From: Takakia lepidozioides
Lineage: Eukaryota > Plantae > Bryophyta
Length of the DNA: 41,366 bases
Direction: 5' to 3'
Assembly (NCBI GenBank): GCA_030704615.1
Contig: JAKLZA010000103.1
Coordinates: 1-41,366 of the forward strand
This document shows positions 13,101 through 28,100 of the stretch, in pieces. The notes below the pieces were generated by a model. The model searched no databases. It saw nothing but the letters and a program-made list of their open reading frames with translations, and was not told the origin of the DNA. A program made the position numbers and the translations under genes. Numbering within the stretch: the first letter of the stretch is position 1; every line of letters begins with the position of its first letter.

Positions 13101-16100
13101 GATTTTCGTTCGCTTTGAGACTTGGCCGGTGTGTTCAACGTGCCCTCTGATACGTCCCAGTGTAATATGAGATCAATCGAAATTTGTTTGATGGGCCAAT
13201 GAGGCGTTCAGTTGTCATCTGGTTTTTGTTCATTGCGAGAAAAAAAATCCTGCAATGCGTGCACGACTATTGCACCCATTGAACGGATGGGTTGAAGCCC
13301 ATCTTTTGCCCGCATGTGGTGCTTGAACATATGTTCGGAGACACAATAGACGAATAAATCATCTGCCTCCCCATCGACGCGCTCACCCCTCAAGCCATTC
13401 CAGAACTTAATTGAATTTAAATTAATTTTAAGCCAATAAATAGGTTCGCACTGCCTTTCGTTGGGGGTTTCTGGCACGCATCGATTTTGTTTTTGGTTCA
13501 ATTTTGTTCTGCGGCTTCAAGCATCCCACTGCTACTCCCCCGCCAAAATTTGGACCAATACAAAATGCCCCCCAAAAAAGTGTTCTCTTCGCTCACTATT
13601 GCATAACTCTTTATGAAGAGTGCATGAAGTAGAACGCAAAACAAGTCTGGAGTGCAAAATAGGGAAGAAACTGTGGTTTTGGGTCCAAATGAATCTTGAT
13701 CGCTCCCAAATTTGGCACGCACGTTGCATATGGAGTCATTACATGCCCCATTCAAAAACAGAATGAAAAAAAATAAACATGAACACGCGAAACACAGTCC
13801 AACAGGTCCCAAAGTAATAGCAGATCCAACGGAATACATTCAACGGGTGAACGGATGGTTGCCCATCCAATCATTTTTGTTTGCTTCCAAACTTTGCCAG
13901 TACGTTTGAGACATCCTCTCACAAGTCCCGGACTAATATGAGATCAATCGAAATTCATTCGAAGGCTCAACGGCTGGTTGGCCATCGAAATGATTTTGGT
14001 TCGCTTTGAGACTTGGCCAGTATGTTCAATGTACCATGTAAGAGGCCCCAAAGTAATATGAGATCAATCGAAATTTGTTCAACGGGCCAACGGATGGTTG
14101 CCCATCCAAATGATTTTCGTTCGCTTTGAGACTTGGCCGGTGTGTTCAACGTGCCCTCTGATACGTCCCAGTGTAATATGAGATCAATCGAAATTTGTTT
14201 GATGGGCCAATGAGGCGTTCAGTTGTCATCTGGTTTTTGTTCATTGCGAGAAAAAAAAATCCTGCAATGCGTGCACGACTATTGCACCCATTGAACGGAT
14301 GGGTTGAAGCCCATCTTTTGCCCGCATGTGGTGCTTGAACATATGTTCGGAGACACAATAGACGAATAAATCATCTGCCTCCCCATCGACGCGCTCACCC
14401 TCAAGCCATTCCAGAACTTAATTGAATTTAAATTAATTTTAAGCCATAAATAGGTTCGCACTGCCTTTCGTTGGGGGTTTCTGGCACGCATCGATTTTGT
14501 TTTTGGTTCAATTTTGTTCTGCGGCTTCAAGCATCCCACTGCTACTCCCCCGCCAAAATTTGGACCAATACAAAATGCCCCCCAAAAAAAGTGTTCTCTT
14601 CGCTCACTATTGCATAACTCTTTATGAAGAGTGCATGAAGTAGAACGCAAAACAAGTCTGGAGTGCAAAATAGGGAAGAAACTGTGGTTTTGGGTCCAAA
14701 TGAATCTTGATCGCTCCCAAATTGGCACGCACGTTGCATATGGAGTCATTACATGCCCCATTCAAAAACAGAATGAAAAAAATAAACATGAACACGCGAA
14801 ACACAGTCCAACAGGTCCCAAAGTAATAGCAGATCCAACGGAATACATTCAACGGGTGAACGGATGGTTGCCCATCCAAATCATTTTTGTTTGCTTCCAA
14901 ACTTTGCCAGTACGTTTGAGACATCCTCTCACAAGTCCCGGACTAATATGAGATCAATCGAAATTCATTCGAAGGCTCAACGGCTGGTTGGCCATCGAAA
15001 TGATTTTGGTTCGCTTTGAGACTTGGCCAGTATGTTCAATGTACCATGTAAGAGGCCCCAAAGTAATATGAGATCAATCGAAATTTGTTCAACGGGCCAA
15101 CGGATGGTTGCCCATCCAAATGATTTTCGTTCGCTTTGAGACTTGGCCGGTGTGTTCAACGTGCCCTCTGATACGTCCCAGTGTAATATGAGATCAATCG
15201 AAATTTGTTTGATGGGCCAATGAGGCGTTCAGTTGTCATCTGGTTTTTGTTCATTGCGAGAAAAAAAAATCCTGCAATGCGTGCACGACTATTGCACCCA
15301 TTGAACGGATGGGTTGAAGCCCATCTTTTGCCCGCATGTGGTGCTTGAACATATGTTCGGAGACACAATAGACGAATAAATCATCTGCCTCCCCATCGAC
15401 GCGCTCACCCCTCAAGCCATTCCAGAACTTAATTGAATTTAAATTAATTTTAAGCCAATAAATAGGTTCGCACTGCCTTTCGTTGGGGGTTTCTGGCACG
15501 CATCGATTTTGTTTTGGTTCAATTTTGTTCTGCGGCTTCAAGCATCCCACTGCTACTCCCCCGCCAAAATTTGGACCAATACAAAATGCCCCCCAAAAAA
15601 AGTGTTCTCTTCGCTCACTATTGCATAACTCTTTATGAAGAGTGCATGAAGTAGAACGCAAAACAAGTCTGGAGTGCAAAATAGGGAAGAAACTGTGGTT
15701 TTGGGTCCAAATGAATCTTGATCGCTCCCAAATTTGGCACGCACGTTGCATATGGAGTCATTACATGCCCCATTCAAAAACAGAATGAAAAAAAATAAAC
15801 ATGAACACGCGAAACACAGTCCAACAGGTCCCAAAGTAATAGCAGATCCAACGGAATACATTCAACGGGTGAACGGATGGTTGCCCATCCAAATCATTTT
15901 TGTTTGCTTCCAAACTTTGCCAGTACGTTTGAGACATCCTCTCACAAGTCCCGGACTAATATGAGATCAATCGAAATTCATTCGAAGGCTCAACGGCTGG
16001 TTGGCCATCGAAATGATTTTGGTTCGCTTTGAGACTTGGCCAGTATGTTCAATGTACCATGTAAGAGGCCCCAAAGTAATATGAGATCAATCGAAATTTG

Positions 16101-19100
16101 TTCAACGGGCCAACGGATGGTTGCCCATCCAAATGATTTTCGTTCGCTTTGAGACTTGGCCGGTGTGTTCAACGTGCCCTCTGATACGTCCCAGTGTAAT
16201 ATGAGATCAATCGAAATTTGTTTGATGGCCAATGAGGCGTTCAGTTGTCATCTGGTTTTTGTTCATTGCGAGAAAAAAAAATCCTGCAATGCGTGCACGA
16301 CTATTGCACCCATTGAACGGATGGGTTGAAGCCCATCTTTTGCCCGCATGTGGTGCTTGAACATATGTCGGAGACGGAGACACAATAGACGAATAAATCA
16401 TCTGCCTCCCCATCGACGCGCTCACCCCTCAAGCCATTCCAGAACTTAATTGAATTTAAATTAATTTTAAGCCAATAAATAGGTTCGCACTGCCTTTCGT
16501 GGGGGTTTCTGGCACGCATCGATTTTGTTTTTGGTTCAATTTTGTTCTGCGGCTTCAAGCATCCCACTGCTACTCCCCCGCAAAATTTGGACCAATACAA
16601 AATGCCCCCCAAAAAAAGTGTTCTCTTCGCTCACTATTGCATAACTCTTTATGAAGAGTGCATGAAGTAGAACGCAAAACAAGTCTGGAGTGCAAAATAG
16701 GGAAGAAACTGTGGTTTTGGGTCCAAATGAATCTTGATCGCTCCCAAATTTGGCACGCACGTTGCATATGGAGTCATTACATGCCCCATTCAAAAACAGA
16801 ATGAAAAAAAATAAACATGAACACGCGAAACACAGTCCAACAGGTCCCAAAGTAATAGCAGATCCAACGGAATACATTCAACGGGTGAACGGATGGTTGC
16901 CCATCCAAATCATTTTGTTTGCTTCCAAACTTTGCCAGTACGTTTGAGACATCCTCTCACAAGTCCCGGACTAATATGAGATCAATCGAAATTCATTCGA
17001 AGGCTCAACGGCTGGTTGGCCATCGAAATGATTTTGGTTCGCTTTGAGACTTGGCCAGTATGTTCAATGTACCATGTAAGAGGCCCCAAAGTAATATGAG
17101 ATCAATCGAAATTTGTTCAACGGGCCAACGGATGGTTGCCCATCCAAATGATTTTCGTTCGCTTTGAGACTTGGCCGGTGTGTTCAACGTGCCCTCTGAT
17201 ACGTCCCAGTGTAATATGAGATCAATCGAAATTTGTTTGATGGGCCAATGAGGCGTTCAGTTGTCATCTGGTTTTTGTTCATTGCGAGAAAAAAAATCCT
17301 GCAATGCGTGCACGACTATTGCACCCATTGAACGGATGGGTTGAAGCCCATCTTTTGCCCGCATGTGGTGCTTGAACATATGTTCGGAGACACAATAGAC
17401 GAATAAATCATCTGCCTCCCCATCGACGCGCTCACCCCTCAAGCCATTCCAGAACTTAATTGAATTTAAATTAATTTTAAGCCAATAAATAGGTTCGCAC
17501 TGCCTTTCGTTGGGGGTTTCTGGCACGCATCGATTTTGTTTTTGGTTCAATTTTGTTCTGCGGCTTCAAGCATCCCACTGCTACTCCCCGCCAAAATTTG
17601 GACCAATACAAAATGCCCCCCAAAAAAAGTGTTCTCTTCGCTCACTATTGCATAACTCTTTATGAAGAGTGCATGAAGTAGAACGCAAAACAAGTCTGGA
17701 GTGCAAAATAGGGAAGAAACTGTGGTTTTGGGTCCAAATGAATCTTGATCGCTCCCAAATTTGGCACGCACGTTGCATATGGAGTCATTACATGCCCCAT
17801 TCAAAAACAGAATGAAAAAAAATAAACATGAACACGCGAAACACAGTCCAACAGGTCCCAAAGTAATAGCAGATCCAACGGAATACATTCAACGGGTGAA
17901 CGGATGGTTGCCCATCCAAATCATTTTGTTTGCTTCCAAACTTTGCCAGTACGTTTGAGACATCCTCTCACAAGTCCCGGACTAATATGAGATCAATCGA
18001 AATTCATTCGAAGGCTCAACGGCTGGTTGGCCATCGAAATGATTTTGGTTCGCTTTGAGACTTGGCCAGTATGTTCAATGTACCATGTAAGAGGCCCCAA
18101 AGTAATATGAGATCAATCGAAATTTGTTCAACGGGCCAACGGATGGTTGCCCATCCAAATGATTTTCGTTCGCTTTGAGACTTGGCCGTGTGTTCAACGT
18201 GCCCTCTGATACGTCCCAGTGTAATATGAGATCAATCGAAATTGTTTGATGGGCCAATGAGGCGTTCAGTTGTCATCTGGTTTTTGTTCATTGCGAGAAA
18301 AAAAAATCCTGCAATGCGTGCACGACTATTGCACCCATTGAACGGATGGGTTGAAGCCCATCTTTTGCCCGCATGTGGTGCTTGAACATATGTTCGGAGA
18401 CACACATAGACGAATAAATCATCTGCCTCCCCATCGACGCGCTCACCCCTCAAGCCATTCCAGAACTTAATTGAATTTAAATTAATTTTAAGCCAATAAA
18501 TAGGTTCGCACTGCCTTTCGTTGGGGTTTCTGGCACGCATCGATTTTGTTTTTGGTTCAATTTTGTTCTGCGGCTTCAAGCATCCCACTGCTACTCCCCC
18601 GCCAAAATTTGGACCAATACAAAATGCCCCCCAAAAAAGTGTTCTCTTCGCTCACTATTGCATAACTCTTTATGAAGAGTGCATGAAGTAGAACGCAAAC
18701 AAAAAGTCTGGAGTGCAAAATAGGGAAGAAACTGTGGTTTTGGGTCCAAATGAATCTTGATCGCTCCCAAATTTGGCACGCACGTTGCATATGGAGTCAT
18801 TACATGCCCCATTCAAAAACAGAATGAAAAAAAATAAACATGAACACGCGAAACACAGTCCAACAGGTCCCAAAGTAATAGCAGATCCAACGGAATACAT
18901 TCAACGGGTGAACGGATGGTTGCCCATCCAAATCATTTTTGTTTGCTTCCAAACTTTGCCAGTACGTTTGAGACATCCTCTCACAAGTCCCGGACTAATA
19001 TGAGATCAATCGAAATTCATTCGAAGGCTCAACGGCTGGTTGGCCATCGAAATGATTTTGGTTCGCTTTGAGACTTGGCCAGTATGTTCAATGTACCATG

Positions 19101-22100
19101 TAAGAGGCCCCAAAGTAATATGAGATCAATCGAAATTTGTTCAACGGGCCAACGGATGGTTGCCCATCCAAATGATTTTCGTTCGCTTTGAGACTTGGCC
19201 GGTGTGTTCAACGTGCCCTCTGATACGTCCCAGTGTAATATGAGATCAATCGAAATTTGTTTGATGGGCCAATGAGGCGTTCAGTTGTCATCTGGTTTTT
19301 GTTCATTGCGAGAAAAAAAATCCTGCAATGCGTGCACGACTATTGCACCCATTGAACGGATGGGTGAAGCCCATCTTTTGCCCGCATGTGGTGCTTGAAC
19401 ATATGTTCGGAGACACAATAGACGAATAAATCATCTGCCTCCCCATCGACGCGCTCACCCCTCAAGCCATTCCAGAACTTAATGAATTTAATTAATTTTA
19501 AGCCAATAAATAGGTTCGCACTGCCTTTCGTTGGGGGTTTCTGGCACGCATCGATTTTGTTTTGGTTCAATTTTGTTCTGCGGCTTCAAGCATCCCACTG
19601 CTACTCCCCCGCCAAAATTTGGACCAATACAAAATGCCCCCCAAAAAAGTGTTCTCTTCGCTCACTATTGCATAACTCTTATGAAGAGTGCATGAAGTAG
19701 AACGCAAAACAAGTCTGGAGTGCAAAAAGGGAAGAAACTGTGGTTTTGGGTCCAAATGAATCTTGATCGCTCCCAAATTTGGCACGCACGTTGCATATGG
19801 AGTCATTACATGCCCCATTCAAAAACAGAATGAAAAAAATAAACATGAACACGCGAAACACAGTCCAACAGGTCCCAAAGTAATAGCAGATCCACGGAAT
19901 ACATTCAACGGGTGAACGGATGGTTGCCCATCCAAATCATTTTTGTTTGCTTCCAAACTTTGCCAGTACGTTTGAGACATCCTCTCACAAGTCCCGGACT
20001 AATATGAGATCAATCGAAATTCATTCGAAGGCTCAACGGCTGGTTGGCCATCGAAATGATTTTGGTTCGCTTTGAGACTTGGCCAGTATGTTCAATGTAC
20101 CATGTAAGAGGCCCCAAAGTAATATGAGATCAATCGAAATTTGTTCAACGGGCCAACGGATGGTTGCCCATCCAAATGATTTTCGTTCGCTTTGAGACTT
20201 GGCCGGTGTGTTCAACGTGCCCTCTGATACGTCCCAGTGTAATATGAGATCAATCGAAATTTGTTTGATGGCCAATGAGGCGTTCAGTTGTCATCTGGTT
20301 TTGTTCATTGCGAGAAAAAAAAATCCTGCAATGCGTGCACGACTATTGCACCCATTGAACGGATGGGTTGAAGCCCATCTTTTGCCCGCATGTGGTGCTT
20401 GAACATATGTTCGGAGACACAATAGACGAATAAATCATCTGCCTCCCCATCGACGCGCTCACCCCTCAAGCCATTCCAGAACTTAATTGAATTTAAATTA
20501 ATTTTAAGCCAATAAATAGGTTCGCACTGCCTTTCGTGGGGGTTTCTGGCACGCATCGATTTTGTTTTTGGTTCAATTTTGTTCTGCGGCTTCAAGCATC
20601 CCACTGCTACTCCCCCGCCAAAATTTGGACCAATACAAAATGCCCCCCAAAAAAAGTGTTCTCTTCGCTCACTATTGCATAACTCTTATGAAGAGTGCAT
20701 GAAGTAGACGCAAAACAAGTCTGGAGTGCAAAATAGGGAAGAAACTGTGGTTTTGGGTCCAAATGAATCTTGATCGCTCCCAAATTTGGCACGCACGTTG
20801 CATATGGAGTCATTACATGCCCCATTCAAAAACAGAATGAAAAAAAATAAACATGAACACGCGAAACACAGTCCAACAGGTCCCAAAGTAATAGCAGATC
20901 CAACGGAATACATTCAACGGGTGAACGGATGGTTGCCCATCCAAATCATTTTTGTTTGCTTCCAACTTTGCCAGTACGTTTGAGACATCCTCTCACAAGT
21001 CCCGGACTAATATGAGATCAATCGAAATTCATTCGAAGGCTCAACGGCTGGTTGGCCATCGAAATGATTTTGGTTCGCTTTGAGACTTGGCCAGTATGTT
21101 CAATGTACCATGTAAGAGGCCCCAAAGTAATATGAGATCAATCGAAATTTGTTCAACGGGCCAACGGATGGTTGCCCATCCAAATGATTTTCGTTCGCTT
21201 TGAGACTTGGCCGGTGTGTTCAACGTGCCCTCTGATACGTCCCAGTGTAATATGAGATCAATCGAAATTTGTTTGATGGGCCAATGAGGCGTTCAGTTGT
21301 CATCTGGTTTTTGTTCATTGCGAGAAAAAAAAATCCTGCAATGCGTGCACGACTATTGCACCCATTGAACGGATGGGTTGAAGCCCATCTTTTGCCCGCA
21401 TGTGGTGCTTGAACATATGTTCGGAGACACAATAGACGAATAAATCATCTGCCTCCCCATCGACGCGCTCACCCCTCAAGCCATTCCAGAACTTAATTGA
21501 ATTTAAATTAATTTTAAGCCAATAAATAGGTTCGCACTGCCTTTCGTTGGGGGTTTCTGGCACGCATCGATTTTGTTTTTGGTTCAATTTTGTTCTGCGG
21601 CTTCAAGCATCCCACTGCTACTCCCCCGCCAAAATTTGGACCAATACAAAATGCCCCCCAAAAAAGTGTTCTCTTCGCTCACTATTGCATAACTCTTTAT
21701 GAAGAGTGCATGAAGTAGAACGCAAAACAAGTCTGGAGTGAAAATAGGAAGAAACTGTGGTTTGGGTCCAAATGAATCTTGATCGCTCCCAAATTTGGCA
21801 CGCACGTTGCATATGGAGTCATTACATGCCCCATTCAAAAACAGAATGAAAAAAATAAACATGAACACGCGAAAACAGTCCAACAGGTCCCAAAGTAATA
21901 GCAGATCCAACGGAATACATTCAACGGGTGAACGGATGGTTGCCCATCCAAATCATTTTTGTTTGCTTCCAAACTTTGCCAGTACGTTTGAGACATCCTC
22001 TCACAAGTCCCGGACTAATATGAGATCAATCGAAATTCATTCGAAGGCTCAACGGCTGGTTGGCATCGAAATGATTTTGGTTCGCTTTGAGACTTGGCCA

Positions 22101-25100
22101 GTATGTTCAATGTACCATGTAAGAGGCCCCAAAGTAATATGAGATCAATCGAAATTTGTTCAACGGGCCAACGGATGGTTGCCCATCCAAATGATTTTCG
22201 TTCGCTTTGAGACTTGGCCGGTGTGTTCAACGTGCTCTGATACGTCCCAGTGAGTCAATCGAAATGAGATCATCGAAATTTTTTGTTGCCAATTCTGTTC
22301 ATGTGTTGTTTTTTTGTCATTGCGAGAAAAAAAATCCTGCAATGCGTGCACGACTATTGCACCCATTGAACGGATGGGTTGAAGCCCATCTTTTGCCCGC
22401 ATGTGGTGCTTGAACATATGTCGGAGACACAATAGACGAATAAATCATCTGCCTCCCCATCGACGCGCTCACCCCTCAAGCCATTCCAGAACTTAATTGA
22501 ATTTAAATTAATTTTAAGCCAATAAATAGGTTCGCACTGCCTTTCGTTGGGGGTTTCTGGCACGCATCGATTTTGTTTTTGGTTCAATTTGTTCTGCGGC
22601 TTCAAGCATCCCACTGCTACTCCCCCGCCAAAATTTGGACCAATACAAAATGCCCCCCAAAAAAAGTGTTCTCTTCGCTCACTATTGCATAACTCTTTAA
22701 GAAGAGTGCATGAAGTAGAACGCAAAACAAGTCTGGAGTGCAAAATAGGGAAGAAACTGTGGTTTTGGGTCCAAATGAATCTTGATCGCTCCCAAATTTG
22801 GCACGCACGTTGCATATGGAGTCATTACATGCCCCATTCAAAAACAGAATGAAAAAAATAAACATGAACACGCGAAACACAGTCCAACAGGTCCCAAAGT
22901 AATAGCAGATCCAACGGAATACATTCAACGGGTGAACGGATGGTTGCCCATCCAAATCATTTTTGTTTGCTTCCAAACTTTGCCAGTACGTTTGAGACAT
23001 CCTCTCACAAGTCCCGGACTAATATGAGATCAATCGAAATTCATTCGAAGGCTCAACGGCTGGTTGGCCATCGAAATGATTTTGGTTCGCTTTGAGACTT
23101 GGCCAGTATGTTCAATGTACCATGTAAGAGGCCCCAAAGTAATATGAGATCAATCGAAATTTGTTCAACGGGCCAACGGATGGTTGCCCATCCAAATGAT
23201 TTTCGTTCGCTTTGAGACTTGGCCGGTGTGTTCAACGTGCCCTCTGATACGTCCCAGTGTAATATGAGATCAATCGAAATTGTTTGATGGGCCAATGAGG
23301 CGTTCAGTTGTCATCTGGTTTTTGTTCATTGCGAGAAAAAAAATCCTGCAATGCGTGCACGACTATTGCACCCATTGAACGGATGGGTTGAAGCCCATCT
23401 TTTGCCCGCATGTGGTGCTTGAACATATGTTCGGAGACACAATAGACGAATAAATCATCTGCCTCCCCATCGACGCGCTCACCCTCAAGCCATTCCAGAA
23501 CTTAATTGAATTTAAATTAATTTTAAGCCAATAAATAGGTTCGCACTGCCTTTCGTTGGGGGTTTCTGGCACGCATCGATTTTGTTTTTGGTTCAATTTT
23601 GTTCTGCGGCTTCAAGCATCCCACTGCTACTCCCCGCCAAAATTTGGACCAATACAAAATGCCCCCCAAAAAAAGTGTTCTCTTCGCTCACTATTGCATA
23701 ACTCTTTATGAAGAGTGCATGAAGTAGAACGCAAAACAAGTCTGGAGTGCAAAATAGGAAGAAACTGTGGTTTTGGGTCCAAATGAATCTTGATCGCTCC
23801 CAAATTTGGCACGCACGTTGCATATGGAGTCATTACATGCCCCATTCAAAAACAGAATGAAAAAAAATAAACATGAACACGCGAAACACAGTCCAACAGG
23901 TCCCAAAGTAATAGCAGATCCAACGGAATACATTCAACGGGTGAACGGATGGTTGCCCATCCAAATCATTTTTGTTTGCTTCCAAACTTTGCCAGTACGT
24001 TTGAGACATCCTCTCACAAGTCCCGGACTAATATGAGATCAATCGAAATTCATTCGAAGGCTCAACGGCTGGTTGGCCATCGAAATGATTTTGGTTCGCT
24101 TTGAGACTTGGCCAGTATGTTCAATGTACCATGTAAGAGGGCCCAAAGTAATATGAGATCAATCGAAATTGTTCAACGGGCCAACGGATGGTTGCCCATC
24201 CAAATGATTTTCGTTCGCTTTGAGACTTGGCCGGTGTGTTCAACGTGCCCTCTGATACGTCCCAGTGTAATATGAGATCAATCGAAATTTGTTTGATGGG
24301 CCAATGAGGCGTTCAGTTGTCATCTGGTTTTTGTTCATTGCGAGAAAAAAAATCCTGCAATGCGTGCACGACTATTGCACCATTGAACGGATGGGTTGAA
24401 GCCCCATTTTGCCCGCATGTGGTGCTTGAACATATGTTCGGAGACACAATAGACGAATAAATCATCTGCCTCCCCATCGACGCGCTCACCCCTCAAGCCA
24501 TTCCAGAACTTAATTGAATTTAAATTAATTTTAAGCCAATAAATAGGTTCGCACTGCCTTTCGTTGGGGGTTTCTGGCACGCATCGATTTTGTTTTTGGT
24601 TCAATTTTGTTCTGCGGCTTCAAGCATCCCACTGCTACTCCCCCGCCAAAATTTGGACCAATACAAAATGCCCCCCAAAAAAAGTGTTCTCTTCGCTCAC
24701 TATTGCATAACTCTTATGAAGAGTGCATGAAGTAGAACGCAAAACAAGTCTGGAGTGCAAAATAGGGGAAGAAGAAACTGTGGTTTTGGGTCCAAATGAA
24801 TCTTGATCGCTCCCAAATTTGGCACGCACGTTGCATATGGAGTCATTACATGCCCCATTCAAAAACAGAATGAAAAAAAATAAACATGAACACGCGAAAC
24901 ACAGTCCAACAGGTCCCAAAGTAATAGCAGATCCAACGGAATACATTCAACGGGTGAACGGATGGTTGCCCATCCAAATCATTTTTGTTTGCTTCCAAAC
25001 TTTGCCAGTACGTTTGAGACATCCTCTCACAAGTCCCGGACTAATATGAGATCAATCGAAATTCATTCGAAGGCTCAACGGCTGGTTGGCCATCGAAATG

Positions 25101-28100
25101 ATTTTGGTTCGCTTTGAGACTTGGCCAGTATGTTCAATGTACCATGTAAGAGGCCCCAAAGTATATGAGATCAATCGAAATTTGTTCAACGGGCCAACGG
25201 ATGGTTGCCCATCCAAATGATTTTCGTTCGCTTTGAGATTGGACTTGCCGGTGTGTTCAACGTGCCCTCTGATACGTCCCAGTGTAATATGAGATCAATC
25301 GAAATTTGTTTGATGGGCCAATGAGGCGTTCAGTTGTCATCTGGTTTTTGTTCATTGCGAGAAAAAAAAATCCTGCAATGCGTGCACGACTATTGCACCC
25401 ATTGAACGGATGGGTTGAAGCCCATCTTTTGCCCGCATGTGGTGCTTGAACATATGTTCGGAGACACAATAGACGAATAAATCATCTGCCTCCCCATCGA
25501 CGCGCTCACCCCTCAAGCCATTCCAGAACTTAATTGAATTTAAATTAATTTTAAGCCAATAAATAGGTTCGCACTGCCTTTCGTTGGGGGTTTCTGGCAC
25601 GCATCGATTTTGTTTTTGGTTCAATTTTGTTCTGCGGCTTCAAGCATCCCACTGCTACTCCCCCGCCAAAATTTGGACCAATACAAAATGCCCCCCAAAA
25701 AAAGTGTTCTCTTCGCTCACTATTGCATAACTCTTTATGAAGAGTGCATGAAGTAGAACGCAAAACAAGTCTGGAGTGCAAATAGGGAAGAAACTGTGGT
25801 TTTGGGTCCAAATGAATCTTGATCGCTCCCAAATTTGGCACGCACGTTGCATATGGAGTCATTACATGCCCCATTCAAAAACAGAATGAAAAAAAATAAA
25901 CATGAACACGCGAAACACAGTCCAACAGGTCCCAAAGTAATAGCAGATCCAACGGAATACATTCAACGGGTGAACGGATGGTTGCCCATCCAAATCATTT
26001 TTGTTTGCTTCCAAACTTTGCCAGTACGTTTGAGACATCCTCTCACAAGTCCCGGACTAATATGAGATCAATCGAAATTCATTCGAAGGCTCAACGGCTG
26101 GTTGGCCATCGAAATGATTTTGGTTCGCTTTGAGACTTGGCCAGTATGTTCAATGTACCATGTAAGAGGCCCCAAAGTAATATGAGATCAATCGAAATTT
26201 GTTCAACGGGCCAACGGATGGTTGCCCATCCAAATGATTTTCGTTCGCTTTGAGACTTGGCCGGTGTGTTCAACGTGCCCTCTGATACGTCCCAGTGTAA
26301 TATGAGATCAATCGAAATTTGTTTGATGGGCCAATGAGGCGTTCAGTTGTCATCTGGTTTTTGTTCATTGCGAGAAAAAAAATCCTGCAATGCGTGCACG
26401 ACTATTGCACCCATTGAACGGATGGGTTGAAGCCCATCTTTTGCCCGCATGTGGTGCTTGAACATATGTTCGGAGACACAATAGACGAATAAATCATCTG
26501 CCTCCCCATCGACGCGCTCACCCCTCAAGCCATTCCAGAACTTAATTGAATTTAAATTAATTTTAAGCCAATAAATAGGTTCGCACTGCCTTTCGTTGGG
26601 GTTTCTGGCACGCATCGATTTTGTTTTGGTTCAATTTTGTTCTGCGGCTTCAAGCATCCCACTGCTACTCCCCCGCCAAAATTTGGACCAATACAAAATG
26701 CCCCCCCAAAAAAGTGTTCTCTTCGCTCACTATTGCATAACTCTTTATGAAGAGTGCATGAAGTAGAACGCAAAACAAGTCTGGAGTGCAAAATAGGGAA
26801 GAAACTGTGGTTTTGGGTCCAAATGAATCTTGATCGCTCCCAAATTTGGCACGCACGTTGCATATGGAGTCATTACATGCCCCATTCAAAAACAGAATGA
26901 AAAAAAAAAACATGAACACGCGAAACACAGTCCAACAGGTCCCAAAGTAATAGCAGATCCAACGGAATACATTCAACGGGTGAACGGATGGTTGCCCATC
27001 CAAATCATTTTTGTTTGCTTCCAAATTGCCAGTACGTTTGAGACATCCTCTCACAAGTCCCGGACTAATATGAGATCAATCGAAATTCATTCGAAGGCTC
27101 AACGGCTGGTTGGCCATCGAAATGATTTTGGTTCGCTTTGAGACTTGGCCAGTATTCAATGTACCATGTAAGAGGCCCCAAAGTAATATGAGATCAATCG
27201 AAATTGTTCAACGGGCCAACGGATGGTTGCCCATCCAAATGATTTTCGTTCGCTTTGAGACTTGGCCGGTGTGTTCAACGTGCCCTCTGATACGTCCCAG
27301 TGTAATATGAGATCAATCGAAATTTGTTTGATGGGCCAATGAGGCGTTCAGTTGTCATCTGGTTTTTGTTCATTGCGAGAAAAAAAAATCCTGCAATGCG
27401 TGCACGACTATTGCACCCATTGAACGGATGGGTTGAAGCCCATCTTTTGCCCGCATGTGGTGCTTGAACATATGTTCGGAGACACAATAGACGAATAAAT
27501 CATCTGCCTCCCCATCGACGCGCTCACCCCTCAAGCCATTCCAGAACTTAATTGAATTTAAATTAATTTTAAGCCAATAAATAGGTTCGCACTGCCTTTC
27601 GTTGGGGGTTTCTGGCACGCATCGATTTTGTTTTTGGTTCAATTTTGTTCTGCGGCTTCAAGCATCCCACTGCTACTCCCCCGCCAAAATTTGGACCAAT
27701 ACAAAATGCCCCCCAAAAAAAGTGTTCTCTTCGCTCACTATTGCATAACTCTTTATGAAGAGTGCATGAAGTAGAACGCAAAACAAGTCTGGAGTGCAAA
27801 ATAGGGAAGAAACTGTGGTTTTGGGTCCAAATGAATCTTGATCGCTCCAAATTTGGCACGCACGTTGCATATGGAGTCATTACATGCCCCATTCAAAAAC
27901 AGAATGAAAAAAAAATAAACATGAACACGCGAAACACAGTCCAACAGGTCCCAAAGTAATAGCAGATCCAACGGAATACATTCAACGGGTGAACGGATGG
28001 TTGCCCATCCAAATCATTTTTGTTTGCTTCCAAACTTTGCCAGTACGTTTGAGACATCCTCTCACAAGTCCCGGACTAATATGAGATCAATCGAAATTCA

